This document shows, in pieces, positions 22,864 through 34,040 of a stretch of DNA of 64,000 nucleotides. The position numbers were made by a program, and so were the translations under genes. This stretch comes from Paecilomyces variotii (taxonomy: Eukaryota). The number at the start of each line of letters is the position of its first letter. Position 1 is the stretch's first letter. The notes under the pieces were generated by a model. The model saw nothing but the letters and a program-made list of their open reading frames with translations. It was not told the origin of the DNA and did not search any database. The stretch lies in the NCBI GenBank assembly GCA_004022145.1, contig RCNU01000003.1; one strand, written 5' to 3'.

Positions 22864-24267
22864 TGTATCTTAAGTGTTTTTTTATTATAAAAAGGCGATG
22901 TAGGTTTTGCGAGATGAGTAGAAGGTTATGTAGAAGGATATTTGAAGAGAGTCTGGATAAGATCAGAGGGGGGAAACGAAAACCACTTGAAGAGTACTAC
23001 TCGATGATGTGCAACTATAAACTATTATTGTTAAGCGCTCGATCGGTTTGCCTGCTGTCTTGACGACATCATCCCGCGATGGCTATCATTGTTGGTCTGG
23101 ATGACGATAGATAGATAACCATGACATGACGTCTGGGCTGGGGATCATCGTGGCTGCGTCAACCAGGCACGGTTAGACATACTTAATACTCGTCGAAGTA
23201 TGGTACCATAATTCTCCGACTGGGCGCGTGGCCAACGTCTACTATGGTACCGACATAATTTAATTAGACTGACGCCCCACGCAACCTTCTAGAGTAGAGT
23301 AGACGCTTGGACACTTGAATCGGCCGATCAGATCGATCTGTTACAAGTATGGTATGTATGGCAGATCAACAGAGACATGCATGCACTTTAGCCCCCCGTC
23401 TAGCGCTCCCAACCGTTACGAGGCCCTCATACTCCAACAATGATAATTACCCTAACTGATGCGAGTGTAGAATAATATGCATCCGATCATCCTAACCATC
23501 CAGAAATAGAAACATAAGTAAAAAGAAATCGAAATCTTCGAGCAAGATTGACCAGTTAGCAGCGTTGGCAGACAGTCCCGCCTACAACCCTAAGCCCTAA
23601 GCCCTGTGGCCGTCCCAAAGGATCCCGGACGCCCTTCACGTCATCACGCTTGAGCCATTCAACAATGAGAGCCCATCATATCGTATCGTATCGACAACGG
23701 CCTTTCTGTGCTAAGAATAATTTAATAAAACTTGATCCTACACGGGCTGGATAGACGGCACGTCCCACCGAAATCTGTCAACCACGTCGGACCCGTTGTC
23801 CAGTCTGCTTTCCCATTCCCACTTCCTGTCATATTTGACCCCCCTACCAGGGGTCGCCCTGCGGGACAGTAGAATCGTTATCTCACATCGCTCCTTGATA
23901 TACATCCTCCCACGTTGTTTCTCGCTTAGGGAACGTCATGGGTGTCCGCGTGGGTGCAACCCCTCCCTGTCATGGCCCTCCTTGGTGGAGAGGATGACGC
24001 TGTTTCTACAGATGATGTTCTGGTTGTCTTCATAATGCCTTGCTGCATCTGACGTCGACGGCAACCAGCAGACCAAGGTTTGATTGCGTGGATGATATTT
24101 CTATTCAAGTGGAATACTCTACGTCCTTCGCACGTCCAGACAATCTTGTATGATATTTATATGATATTTATACTTTTTAGTTGAAAAACACAGACCATCC
24201 GTCTTATTATAAGTTCCTATATCCCAGACTTCCTTTCTTATAATTCCATTTGAATCCTTTTCTCGAT

Positions 24268-25065
24268 ATGGCAGACACGGAGAACAAGGAACAGCGTAAC
24301 AACCCTGAAGGTGTCGACACCCAGAACGGCGAGTCTAGCAGCCAGTCTCAACAACCGCAGCAGCGGCAGAAGAGATCCCCGCCCAAGCTGAACAAGAAGC
24401 AAAAGCAAGAAAACGAGGCCAACGGTGTCGAGAACCAGCCGGACGGCGAAGCAGAAGACGCTCAGCCCAACGGTGAAGAGCAGGACATCAAGCAAGAAGA
24501 CCAGGACCAGGACGAGGATCAGGATCAGGATCAGGACCAGGACCAAGACCAGGAACCTGAGCCTGAACCCGAACCTGAACCTCAGCGAAAGCCTCGACGG
24601 CAGCGACGCTCCAGACCGGTTCAGAAACAAGACACTGACACCGAAGAAATCCCACGTCCCGACATGGATTCTCCTGGTGGCCGACGCCAACGCCGCAGCA
24701 AGCGCGGTAGCCAGCAGCAGGGCGATGGCGGTCCTCTCGGTGGCGTGGACGACATTGGAAACACTGTCAATGGCGCTGGTGAACTCGTCCAAAACACCGC
24801 CGGTAAGGCCGTTAACGGCGTCACCAACACGGCAGGCAAGGCAGTCGGCGGTGCCTTGGGTGGTGGCGGAGGGGACAAGGGAGACGACGGCAAGGACGAG
24901 CAATTGCGATTGAGATTGGACTTGAACCTTGACATCGAGGTTCAGCTGAAAGCCAAGATCCACGGTGATCTGACCTTGGGACTTCTGTATGTCTCCTTTC
25001 CATCCCCTTTACTCCGCGGCGGATATTCATGGGCTATTGCTAACATCTCAGATCGTAGGAACTAA
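24268..25065 (+). CDS. Hydrophilic LEA-like protein with C-terminal motif LRLRLDLNLDIEVQLKAKIHGDLTLGLLN
   Basis: ATG 24268 downstream of TATAA at about 24208. (DQ)n and (EP)n tracts and NTAGKAV 11-mer repeats. Intron 24987-25058. Confidence 0.82.
   Translation: MADTENKEQRNNPEGVDTQNGESSSQSQQPQQRQKRSPPKLNKKQKQENEANGVENQPDGEAEDAQPNGEEQDIKQEDQDQDEDQDQDQDQDQDQEPEPEPEPEPQRKPRRQRRSRPVQKQDTDTEEIPRPDMDSPGGRRQRRSKRGSQQQGDGGPLGGVDDIGNTVNGAGELVQNTAGKAVNGVTNTAGKAVGGALGGGGGDKGDDGKDEQLRLRLDLNLDIEVQLKAKIHGDLTLGLLYVSFPSPLLRGGYSWAIANISDRRN
24499..24582 (+). repeat. Coding hexamer microsatellites encoding (DQ)n then (EP)n
   Basis: GACCAG/GATCAG units followed by GAACCT/GAGCCT units. Confidence 0.85.
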
Positions 25066-26162
25066 GAAGTCTTCATACCAACCAAAAACCTCAATGGACC
25101 CATCACGGATACGTCCGTCACTACAGATATAATGGTGTCATGAAAACCTACCTCTGTTCTTCCCTGTTTCACTTTTTTTATCAGCCTTGTTTCTTCACGT
25201 GTACAACTATGTGCTTTTCTGCGATATACGTCTGTACTTTTATACTATATCCGTTGCCTCAAGGCATCATGTAATATGATGCGAAGTTATACGAAGCGAT
25301 GTGATGATACGCTGTTTCTTTTACCTTTGTTTGTTTTCTCAGTTACTAGAAATCTACCTAATGTAACTATACCTCCTGTGAGCCTTCTCTCCGTATAATC
25401 CCTCGCTGTAGACATATTAATCACACTCTGACTATCCTTGTATCAACATTCTGTTCTGTAAGAAAGATCGATTAGGTGGGAACAGCTACAGGATAGAGCG
25501 TTATAGTTCTCTGACAAGATAGATCGCAAGATTGAAGCACAAACCTCGCGTCGTTATATTCTGGGGTAGTAACGAAATTGGCTGCGGAACTTGAGAAATA
25601 TTTATTACTCTAGAGAAGCTGAAGATGGAGTCAATTAAGAAAATTTGGAAAGAAACATCTCAGTCTAAAGTATCTCGCTTTATTTACTGTAGAGTCGCCG
25701 TATCCTATCTCGAGATCGTTGTTATCGCGGAGACATGATACTTACTTAGCGGGGTGCAAGTGTGGAGCGGACGATAGTGCCACGTGCAACTTCGAATTAG
25801 AATTCTACACACATTCAGGTCACCGAGTTAGCGGAGGGAATCATATCGAAATTGCTATGTGCTATATGAAAAGATCTCTAGAGGAGTCTAAATCTATGCA
25901 GTGGGGACACGTTCGTGTGAGATCGTGGTCATTGTGTTTTCCTGAGATGGGAAGAGATCAACCACCGGCTTCGGCATCTCAGCCGAGGCATCAGAAGTTG
26001 AGCTTGGCATCGCCGATGGACAAGGAGATCGGGACCATCTCGTCCATTTCATAACCCGATTGCTCCTGCTCACTAGCAAATTCCAGGGCATTGTTACGCA
26101 AATACCACCTTCTTGCCAATCCGACGATTTACGTATAGAAAAAGAAACCGATTCCTTTCACC

Positions 26163-26858
26163 ATGGCCGAGGACGAGAAGCAGACAGCCGCCGCCAAACA
26201 GCGGATCATCACGCACATGAATTCAGACCATCAAGACTCTCTCGCGATGTTCCTGCAGGTCTACAACCGCCTCAACGCCTCGACAGCTAAATCCGCCCAG
26301 CTCGAAGATGTCAGTCTCTCCGACATGGTGATCAAAGCCGGCGACGGCGCGCAATACACCATCCCCATCGAACCGCCGATGAAGTCCCTCCTCGACGCAC
26401 GCCACCGCTTCGTCGACATGCATGACTACTGTCTGAGCAGTCTGGGCATCTCCGATATCAAAGTCGAGCAATACAGCGCTCCTCGTGGCCATCATACTGT
26501 GATCTTCGCTCTCTGCCTCGCTACATACGTGTCCTTCTCGCGGCGCGAGAACTTCCTACCGGGTTCGCTGCTCTACGATCTGGTGTTTAAGCATTTCCCG
26601 CGTTTTACGCTGTTCTGCTACGATATACAACCGCTTCTTATCTCGTTGATGGTGGCGATCCATGCGTGCGAGGCGACTTACATGGCGCTCTATCGATTGA
26701 GGCCGTATCGCGTACCCTTCCTGTCGGGGTTGTGGTGGACATGGATGACGTCCTGCTTTATTGAAGGTTTTGGATCGTTTCAGAGGTTTGACGCGATCGT
26801 GAGAAAGGAGAAGGCCAAGAAGCAGCAGCAGAAGCCCAATCTGTCGGGCAAACCATAG
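26163..26858 (+). CDS. DUF2470-domain integral membrane protein
   Basis: RIITHMNSDHQDSL...IPIEPPM N-terminal domain. Hydrophobic C-terminal segments with IHACE and FIEGFGSFQRF. Confidence 0.85.
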   Translation: MAEDEKQTAAAKQRIITHMNSDHQDSLAMFLQVYNRLNASTAKSAQLEDVSLSDMVIKAGDGAQYTIPIEPPMKSLLDARHRFVDMHDYCLSSLGISDIKVEQYSAPRGHHTVIFALCLATYVSFSRRENFLPGSLLYDLVFKHFPRFTLFCYDIQPLLISLMVAIHACEATYMALYRLRPYRVPFLSGLWWTWMTSCFIEGFGSFQRFDAIVRKEKAKKQQQKPNLSGKP

Positions 26859-27603
26859 AGAGAGAGCTCTCGTGTCTGGTGGTTGAGGCATGTTTGATTG
26901 TAGATGGAGTGTTGAGTTTCATACCCAGTTAGACGATGTTCTGATAGTAAATAGTGGCAGTTCTTTCTGCATGAATGTGATAAATAATCAGTGAATAATG
27001 ATAATAAGGCCGTTGTGTTTCGAGGTTTAACTCTCAGTATAGTAGTAGTAGTACTGTAAGTACTTAGAAAAATCACAGTACGAATTGGGAATGCTCGGCT
27101 GGCGGGCGTGTTGTGCGCTAGTCCACATTAGGGTTAGTGCGCACTTTCGGGTAGGGCATTTTCGACAAGCGAGCCACACTGCGAAATTCAAGACAGCCGA
27201 CGACAAGCACTTAACAATCGACCACCCACCCACATTGCCCGCGCCGTTGTTCTGGTGAAGGACTGCAGGTTACGAGGTTAGTATATTTGATGCCGTTGTC
27301 GCCGTTTGCATTCTCTCGAGACGAAATTGGACAACTTCGTGGTCGGGTGATACTCCGCGGCGGATTGATGGTGTCGATATCTCGTGAAGGAACCAAAGGT
27401 CAACAGAGCTTGGGTCAAAAGAGTCCTCGCGAGGAAAGCAGAAGAAAGAGAAAAAGAGAGACCTCGCGATCTATCACCTGTCTACGAAGTTTCCTACGTT
27501 CATCATCGAGAGGATTTTTTCTGCCGTCGTTGTGCCTCAAGAGAATCGCTCACTGACATCTGAATTTCCAACTCGACAGTAGTCCAGTCCATCAACCGCA
27601 AAT

Positions 27604-28313
27604 ATGGGTATTTCTCGCGACTCCCGTCACAAGCGCTCGGCCACCGGTGCGAAGAGGGCCTTCTACCGCAAGAAGAGGTATGGCACATAATGCAATACTG
27701 CAGACTTCAAGCCTGCGGGTTGTCGAGGAGTTTTCCCTTGTTTTCTTCTGTGCGGTTTCTGACGGTTCGATCTTTATACAGAGCCTTCGAGAAGGGTCGC
27801 CAGCCTGCCAACACCCGTATTGGCACCAAGAGAATCCACCTTGTCCGCACTCGTGGTGGTAACCAGAAGTTCCGTGGTCTCCGTCTGGACTCCGGTAACT
27901 TCTCCTGGGGTTCTGAGGGTATCTCCCGCAAGGTCCGCGTGATCGTGGTCGCCTACCACCCCTCCAACAACGAGCTGGTCCGCACCAACACCCTCACCAA
28001 GTCCGCTGTCGTCCAGATCGACGCTGCTCCTTTCAGACAATGGTACGAGGCCCACTACGGCCAGCCCATCGGCCGAAGACGCCAGCAGAAGGCCGCCGAG
28101 ACCACCGAGGAGAAGAAGAGCAAGTCCGTTGAGAAGAAGCAGGCTGCCCGCTTCGCCGCCAGCGGTCGTGTCGAGCCCGCCCTCGAGAGACAGTTCGAGG
28201 CTGGTCGCCTGTACGCTGTCATTGCTTCCCGACCCGGCCAGAGCGGCCGTGTGGACGGTTACATCCTGGAGGGTGAGGAGCTGGCTTTCTACCAGCGTGC
28301 TATCAGGAAGTAA
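27604..28313 (+). CDS. RPS8: 40S ribosomal protein S8 (eS8)
   Basis: MGISRDSRHKRSATGAKR exon 27604-27677, intron 27678-27781, then SNNELVRTNTLTK and SRPGQSGRVDGYILEG. Strongly biased codon usage. Confidence 0.99.
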
Positions 28314-28994
28314 AGGTCCGGCGGGTAAAAAGGGTGGTTTCGGAGTTTCTTGTCAGCAATATTACTTCCAGAAAAAATCTCATGATCTGGGCGTCCGCGG
28401 ATGCAATGTCTGTAGAACTCTGAGCTGTCGAACCAATCGGAATGATTTCATTTTCTTACGCTTTGTTACTCCTGGAGGGCGTGTCCACACAATATCGTTT
28501 GCTGGGGATCCCGCTGGGTGTAGGCATGATGGTTACTACCGGTATTTAACGTCTCAGGAAAAAAAATCAATCAGTGTCAGTTTCAGCAACTAGTCCAGAC
28601 AATCAACCGGGTCTTGATCAAGTCGTCCCAGCAGCGGTGCGTTCAAGTTCCGACATAGTATCTACCTCACTCTGCCCACTTCATTGCGAGACTAGCCCTG
28701 CCATGTAATAATATATTCTTCTGACTTTGCCTGGTCGCCTCTGACATCTCAACTTCCTCAATGAATGGGGGAATTATCAGCATCATGTTCACTGACGCGA
28801 AGGTTGTTCCCTATCGTCTCGTAGCCCGTGGTGCTTGCGGTAAGCGTAGGCCTTGTACTCCACCGGTAGTCCGCAATGTCCATCTTATCGGCAGGCGTTC
28901 TTCCTTCCGAGGACGGCCTATAAATCAATTCAAATCAACTACGCCGTGCTACATTCTCCTAGACGTATCTACTTCTTATGCTACAGATTGTAGC

Positions 28995-30176
28995 ATGAGA
29001 TTCAGATGTCCTGTTCTTTCGACGACATTCCATCGACCCAATACGTCAGCGGGTAACTATATCGCGGGTTATAGCTGCCTCCGCAAAGAACCCCTCCCTC
29101 TGTTACTACGAACTGTCAGCACCATCATATCCCAACACGCTCACTCCATAGAGTCGAGCAAAAGAAACCACCACAAAATGAACACAATACCAGACTCCCC
29201 CGCCCTGGTCAAAGGCATCAAGACGCGGATATGCATGATCTCCGACACGCACACTTATGCCCCCTGCCCGCCACAGCAGACGGGGAATCCTTATCGCTAT
29301 CCGCTGCCCAAGGCGGACGTGCTCCTCCACGCGGGCGACATCACCATGGTTGGACGCAAAATCGAACACCGCAAGATGATAGACATGTTGAAAGAGGCAG
29401 ATGCGGAGGTCAAGATCGTCATTGCGGGGAACCACGACATTACGCTGGACGAAGAGTATTATAAGGAATTTGGCTACACTCGACATCGATGGGGCGGGAG
29501 TGGTGGTGGCATGGACGGCATCGAGGACCCCGCGGAGATCAAGCGGATGTATACGGGTGAAGAGGCGCGGAATGCGGGAATCGTCTATTTGGAAGAAACG
29601 CTGAAGACATTCACATTGAAGAATGGAGCTCAATTCACCTTGTATGCGTCGCCGTATCAGCCGGAGTTCTGTCGATGGGCGTTCGCGTACGAGCGGGATA
29701 TTGACCGGTTCAATCCCTCGCCTCCGGTTGCAGAATTCCAGGCCCCTAATCCGGTGCCGAGTTTCCCAGATGTCGATATCATGTTGACTCACGGTCCGCC
29801 GTATGGTGTTCTAGATAAGGTGGCTTTTGGTGGACAGCACGTTGGTTGTGAGCATCTGCTCAGGGCAGATGTGCGGGCAAGACCGCGCTTGCATGTCTTT
29901 GGACACATTCACGAGGGCTACGGTGCAGAGCGGATAGACTGGGAGACTAGGACATCGACCAAACTCGAGCAGGATATCGAGGATGTACTCGATGCTCGAT
30001 GCGCGTATTTTGATCTGAGCAGTAGTGGAAAGAAGCCGCTAAGATTTGGGGACGAGACATTGTTTGTGAATGCGAGCGTGGTGACGGTGAACTATAAGGC
30101 GATAAACGCTCCGTGGCTCGTGGATCTGGATCTTGAACCAGCTACAGAAGATGTGAATCCGGATGTAGAAGCATAG
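28995..30176 (+). CDS. Calcineurin-like metallophosphoesterase (MPPED/239FB-like)
   Basis: Motifs SDTH, HAGD, AGNHD, THGPP and FGHIHE. Start is ATG 28995 or 29178. TATAAA at 28919 argues against the ORF-track start at 28761. Confidence 0.9.
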   Translation: MRFRCPVLSTTFHRPNTSAGNYIAGYSCLRKEPLPLLLRTVSTIISQHAHSIESSKRNHHKMNTIPDSPALVKGIKTRICMISDTHTYAPCPPQQTGNPYRYPLPKADVLLHAGDITMVGRKIEHRKMIDMLKEADAEVKIVIAGNHDITLDEEYYKEFGYTRHRWGGSGGGMDGIEDPAEIKRMYTGEEARNAGIVYLEETLKTFTLKNGAQFTLYASPYQPEFCRWAFAYERDIDRFNPSPPVAEFQAPNPVPSFPDVDIMLTHGPPYGVLDKVAFGGQHVGCEHLLRADVRARPRLHVFGHIHEGYGAERIDWETRTSTKLEQDIEDVLDARCAYFDLSSSGKKPLRFGDETLFVNASVVTVNYKAINAPWLVDLDLEPATEDVNPDVEA

Positions 30177-30553
30177 AGAGAGAGGAAATGTCTTCTACAG
30201 CGAAGAGGCTTGGTAGGGTCTGGAATAAGCGATAAATGCTGCCTTAGAAGATCTGGAGGATGATTGTACAGTACATACAAAGTACACTCCCAGCCTCCGA
30301 TATCAGATGAAAGAAAACCGCCATCAGGCAGTCACTTCGCGTATTACCAGCCACCGCTACTTCCCACAAGACCTCCAGGACTCACGAGACAGCCCTTTAG
30401 CTAGCGAAGTCCAGCGCACAATGTTCTCCTTTGACATACTTCCTGCCACTTCGTTGAATCCCAAAAAAACCACATCTCAAACTATCTACCATCATCACCA
30501 CTCCTCAAACTGCGAGCAGATACGAGAATAGAAATTCAAAGAAAACCCTCACT

Positions 30554-31768
30554 ATGGCAGACTCGTTCACTCTCCCTATCGACGAAACCCCTAATCCAGC
30601 TCCGCTGGACCTCATCCTCTCCAACGAGGCCACTATCACTGCGTCCATCTCCATGACCCTCGAGCAGTCTCCTCGTGGACTCGCAGAAGACAGACCGCCT
30701 CCACTGTCCGCTGAGCCTGGTCCTCAGATTGACTACAAGCTGCTCCAGGCTGTCCTCAGCAGGACCAGAGGGCTCCTCGCCCCAGAAGACCTCGAGGCCA
30801 TCTCCAAACTCATAAGCATCCGCAAGAAATACTGGATGGCACTGAGTGGATACACTCAAATCCACAGACAGATCCAGGACATCTGGGTCCAGCGACAGAG
30901 ACTAGTCGACCAGGTGGAATCCATCAAACTTGCCGCAGCGCGGTGGTTGTCGACTTTCGCGGCGCAGATGCAATCGCCTCGTTTTAGGGGAATACGTCCG
31001 GAAGATGTTCGTAACGCTTACAAGGCCAAAGTTCAGGCCCTCCTTCGCCAGAACGCAAATTCTCAACTGCTGAACGCTAAAGAGGCTCGTGATGCAATCG
31101 GGCGGTACTATATCTACGCCAAGGGGGTTATGGGCCTTTCATCGAAGTTCATTGAGGTCAAATTGGAGACTATGCCGATCATCTACAAGGCGCAGAACGT
31201 GCTGCTGGCTTTCTGGGGTGATGAGCTGGCTGCGGCGGCTGAGGTGACGTCTGAACCCGTCTATGGAAATCCGACTGCCCATGAGCTTCCTCCCGTTTGT
31301 CAGGGAGATGGAACTGGAAACCAGTCGAAGCGCGAGAAGAGAAGCTACGATATGGTCGATAACGAGAATGACGGACAGCAGACGATCCCAGAACCGAAGA
31401 GACACCATGGGATCGAGGCGGCATCTGCCCCTGTCTATGAAAATGCAACTGCGTATGAACTTCCTCCGCATTGTCAGGGAAATGGAACTGGTGCTGGTGC
31501 TGGTACTGGTACTTCCAGCCTTTCCGCTGCTATTCAGGTCGTCGAAAATGAGTCCTCCATCTCCGTTGTCGATAACACCCGTACTTCGACGAAGGCTAGT
31601 GGGAATCAATCGAACTGCAAGAAAAGAGGCTGCGATATGGTTGATAATGAGAATGATGGACCGCAGACTATGCCAGAGCCAAAGAGACACCATGGGATTG
31701 AGGAGGATGAGAGTTGGTGGGGAGAACTGAAGCCTCTGGGCGAACCCCTCGAAGCAGACTACTGGTGA
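30554..31768 (+). CDS. Hypothetical protein with an internal tandem duplication
   Basis: 404-aa intronless ORF, helical-looking N-terminal half, two copies of PVYxNxTAxELPPxCQGxGTG and DMVDNENDGxQTxPEPKRHHGIE. No family recognised. Confidence 0.65.
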   Translation: MADSFTLPIDETPNPAPLDLILSNEATITASISMTLEQSPRGLAEDRPPPLSAEPGPQIDYKLLQAVLSRTRGLLAPEDLEAISKLISIRKKYWMALSGYTQIHRQIQDIWVQRQRLVDQVESIKLAAARWLSTFAAQMQSPRFRGIRPEDVRNAYKAKVQALLRQNANSQLLNAKEARDAIGRYYIYAKGVMGLSSKFIEVKLETMPIIYKAQNVLLAFWGDELAAAAEVTSEPVYGNPTAHELPPVCQGDGTGNQSKREKRSYDMVDNENDGQQTIPEPKRHHGIEAASAPVYENATAYELPPHCQGNGTGAGAGTGTSSLSAAIQVVENESSISVVDNTRTSTKASGNQSNCKKRGCDMVDNENDGPQTMPEPKRHHGIEEDESWWGELKPLGEPLEADYW

Positions 31769-31774
31769 TAGAAT

Positions 31775-31968
31775 GGAGCAATAGAGGGCGCCTTTGTCCA
31801 GATGCCCTTCTTCATGATTCACTGGTTATTCAGGTAGTGGGAAAGTACCTTTGGGGGACTCCCTCGAAGGAACAATAGAGGTCACCCTTGGTCAGACATT
31901 CTTCTTCATGAGATACGATTCACTGGTTATTCAAGTGGTAGGAAAGCACCTTTGGGGAAATACGGAAG
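31775..31968. repeat. Imperfect ~95-100 bp tandem direct repeat (two copies)
   Basis: Copies at about 31775-31868 and 31869-31968 share CAATAGAGG...CTTCTTCATGA...GATTCACTGGTTATTCA...GGAAAG...CCTTTGGGG. Confidence 0.8.
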
Positions 31969-33002
31969 GACCAATTACAAGGTAATGATATTGATAGATT
32001 CTAGATACGGCGCTAGGTTTGGTCGCGAGCTTAATGAATTTCATTTCAAGTTGTGAATGGATACTGTTTCTTTTGTAGCCATATAATTGTATGATTCTTA
32101 TGGTTCTATTGTTCAACTCGGTTTCAAGTCCTATATAACTGCTCCCTATTAAACCCTACTACCCCCTTATTATCTACAGTTTGAACCCACGCAAAGCATA
32201 CGAGCTGCAACCAACGCCAGAAGTAGCCTGAAGCTCGAACCAGGCACAAGCCAACGGTCCCAGGCACCTGACTGCACTTAGGCAATAACATGGAATTTCC
32301 TAATCCAGAAATACACCGCCTTCGAAGCCATATAAACAGCTCTTATCAACTGCAATGCATCGAGGGTTCGACTCCAGGCGTACTCTTGATTCAGTATATT
32401 CACCAGGGGCCCATACGCGCTCATATCCGCGGTTCAAAGGGTTCAAAAAAATAGATTTCCATGGGCATAACCCGTAATCTTTTTTCTGAGATGAAAAGAA
32501 CCACAAAAAAAGGTCCAGGGACCATGGCGCTGTTATCTCCCGCCCTCCCGGAGTTTGTCCTGACCATAGTACCTGGCGAGCCTTTCTTTGGAGGGGAATT
32601 TGGGGACCGGGGGGGCCCGCAGTCCTTAACCACTAGTCCACTGACTCGTTAGAATAGAATATTCATACATTGATATATATATCTACTCTCTGGAGGAAGT
32701 CAGGTGATGGCTGGGGAGTTGAAATGGACCAGAGACAGCACGCAAGCCCCCATCTCTACGGCATAGATATACTCTTTCTTTGCGATTCCTTCTCTTCTCG
32801 TCGTGCATGGCCTGTACTATGTTCCTTTTTTTTCTTTTTAATTCTCTATTTGTGCTACCCAGAAACCGCGCATGGCTAGTTGCTAGAAGATGGTGATGTG
32901 CAACATTGGATTGGTCCGGCGACGCTAGAGTTCATCTTTGGATTATCGGCATACATATAAGTTTGATATTGAAAGTATTCTGCAGTGGACAGATGGGCTG
33001 AA

Positions 33003-34040
33003 TTACTTCCCAAAAACCTCCTTCAGAACCTCCACAACCAAACCATACGCCTCCTCCCTCCTCTTCTTCTCAATGTTCCCCGTAAACTTATCAAAAGCAT
33101 GTCCCACCCCTTTCAACTGCACATTCATCACCTTCCTCCTCCTCCTCCTGCTCTCTTTGCCCCCTTTACGCTTCCCACCACTCTCCTTCAACTTCTCCGC
33201 CAATTCATTGCCCTCTGGCGCCAACGTATCCCCCTCACAGGTGATAATCACCACCGTATCCGGAAAGTCCTCCTCATCCACAAAAGAAGGCGAAATGAGC
33301 GGATTCCGCATAACGGACCTGTCCCGCACACTATCCGGAACATAGCACGCGTCGAAAATGCGCCCCAGGGCTGGATGGATCGGATACCGTGGTTTAGGGA
33401 CGATTTTTGCTTCAGGGAGGATAGTCAAGTTCGTTACGGGGTAGAATGCCACAGTGGCTTTGATATCGAAGTCATCTTCTCCAGATGGGAGGAGGAGATT
33501 CTGTCTCAGTTGTTTCTGGAGAGAGGACGATGCGACAAGAGCTAGATTCGCACCGGCGCTAAAGCCAGATAGGACTATATTATGCGTGTCGAATCGTGCA
33601 GATTGGACCGTGATGATCCAGTGGAGGACGTCGAAGACATCCTCTGGCGCCGCGGGGAAGGGATGTTCGGGTCCCTTGCGGTAATCGGCGTCTAGGACGG
33701 GGATTCCTGTTGCGTTGGCGATGTGCGAACAGTATCTGGCATCGGAACCGAGAGAGGGAATGACGAAGCCGGAGCCGTGGAAGTTTATGATTATTGGAGT
33801 TGGGTTGTTATCGTCGTTATTGGTATCGTCGTTGTTAGTGCTGGTGTTGTTTTGTTCAGGGGTATATAAATCGGCGAGGATGAAGCGGCCTGCGTCGCGA
33901 GAGGGGATGCGAAGACGCTGTTTGTTTTTGTATTTTGGTTCTGGATGGAAAACGCGGGTAATATTGGCGATTCGGACGATGCAGCGGATGACAACAGCGA
34001 TCAGTTTTAGGCGCATGTAGCTGAGGAGAGGGAGGGTCAT
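33003..34040 (-). CDS. Alpha/beta hydrolase, hormone-sensitive lipase-like esterase
   Basis: Oxyanion HGSG, DYRKGPEHPFPAAPED, nucleophile GFSAG, catalytic D (CEGDTL) and H (GHAF). Confidence 0.92.
   Translation of the reverse strand: MTLPLLSYMRLKLIAVVIRCIVRIANITRVFHPEPKYKNKQRLRIPSRDAGRFILADLYTPEQNNTSTNNDDTNNDDNNPTPIIINFHGSGFVIPSLGSDARYCSHIANATGIPVLDADYRKGPEHPFPAAPEDVFDVLHWIITVQSARFDTHNIVLSGFSAGANLALVASSSLQKQLRQNLLLPSGEDDFDIKATVAFYPVTNLTILPEAKIVPKPRYPIHPALGRIFDACYVPDSVRDRSVMRNPLISPSFVDEEDFPDTVVIITCEGDTLAPEGNELAEKLKESGGKRKGGKESRRRRRKVMNVQLKGVGHAFDKFTGNIEKKRREEAYGLVVEVLKEVFGK

Noticed and set aside
23588-23605. Telomere-like CCCTAAGCCCTAAGCCCT (and TTAGGGTTAG near 27128)
   Set aside because: Only about two imperfect units, which is compatible with chance or an ordinary promoter motif.
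32360-32380. B-box-like GGTTCGACTCC suggesting a tRNA or SINE
   Set aside because: The flanks do not form a full T stem or a cloverleaf, and no A box is seen at the right spacing.
32498-32640. G-rich segment ending in CACTAGT, reminiscent of a transposon end
   Set aside because: No matching second terminus, target-site duplication or transposase was found in the window.
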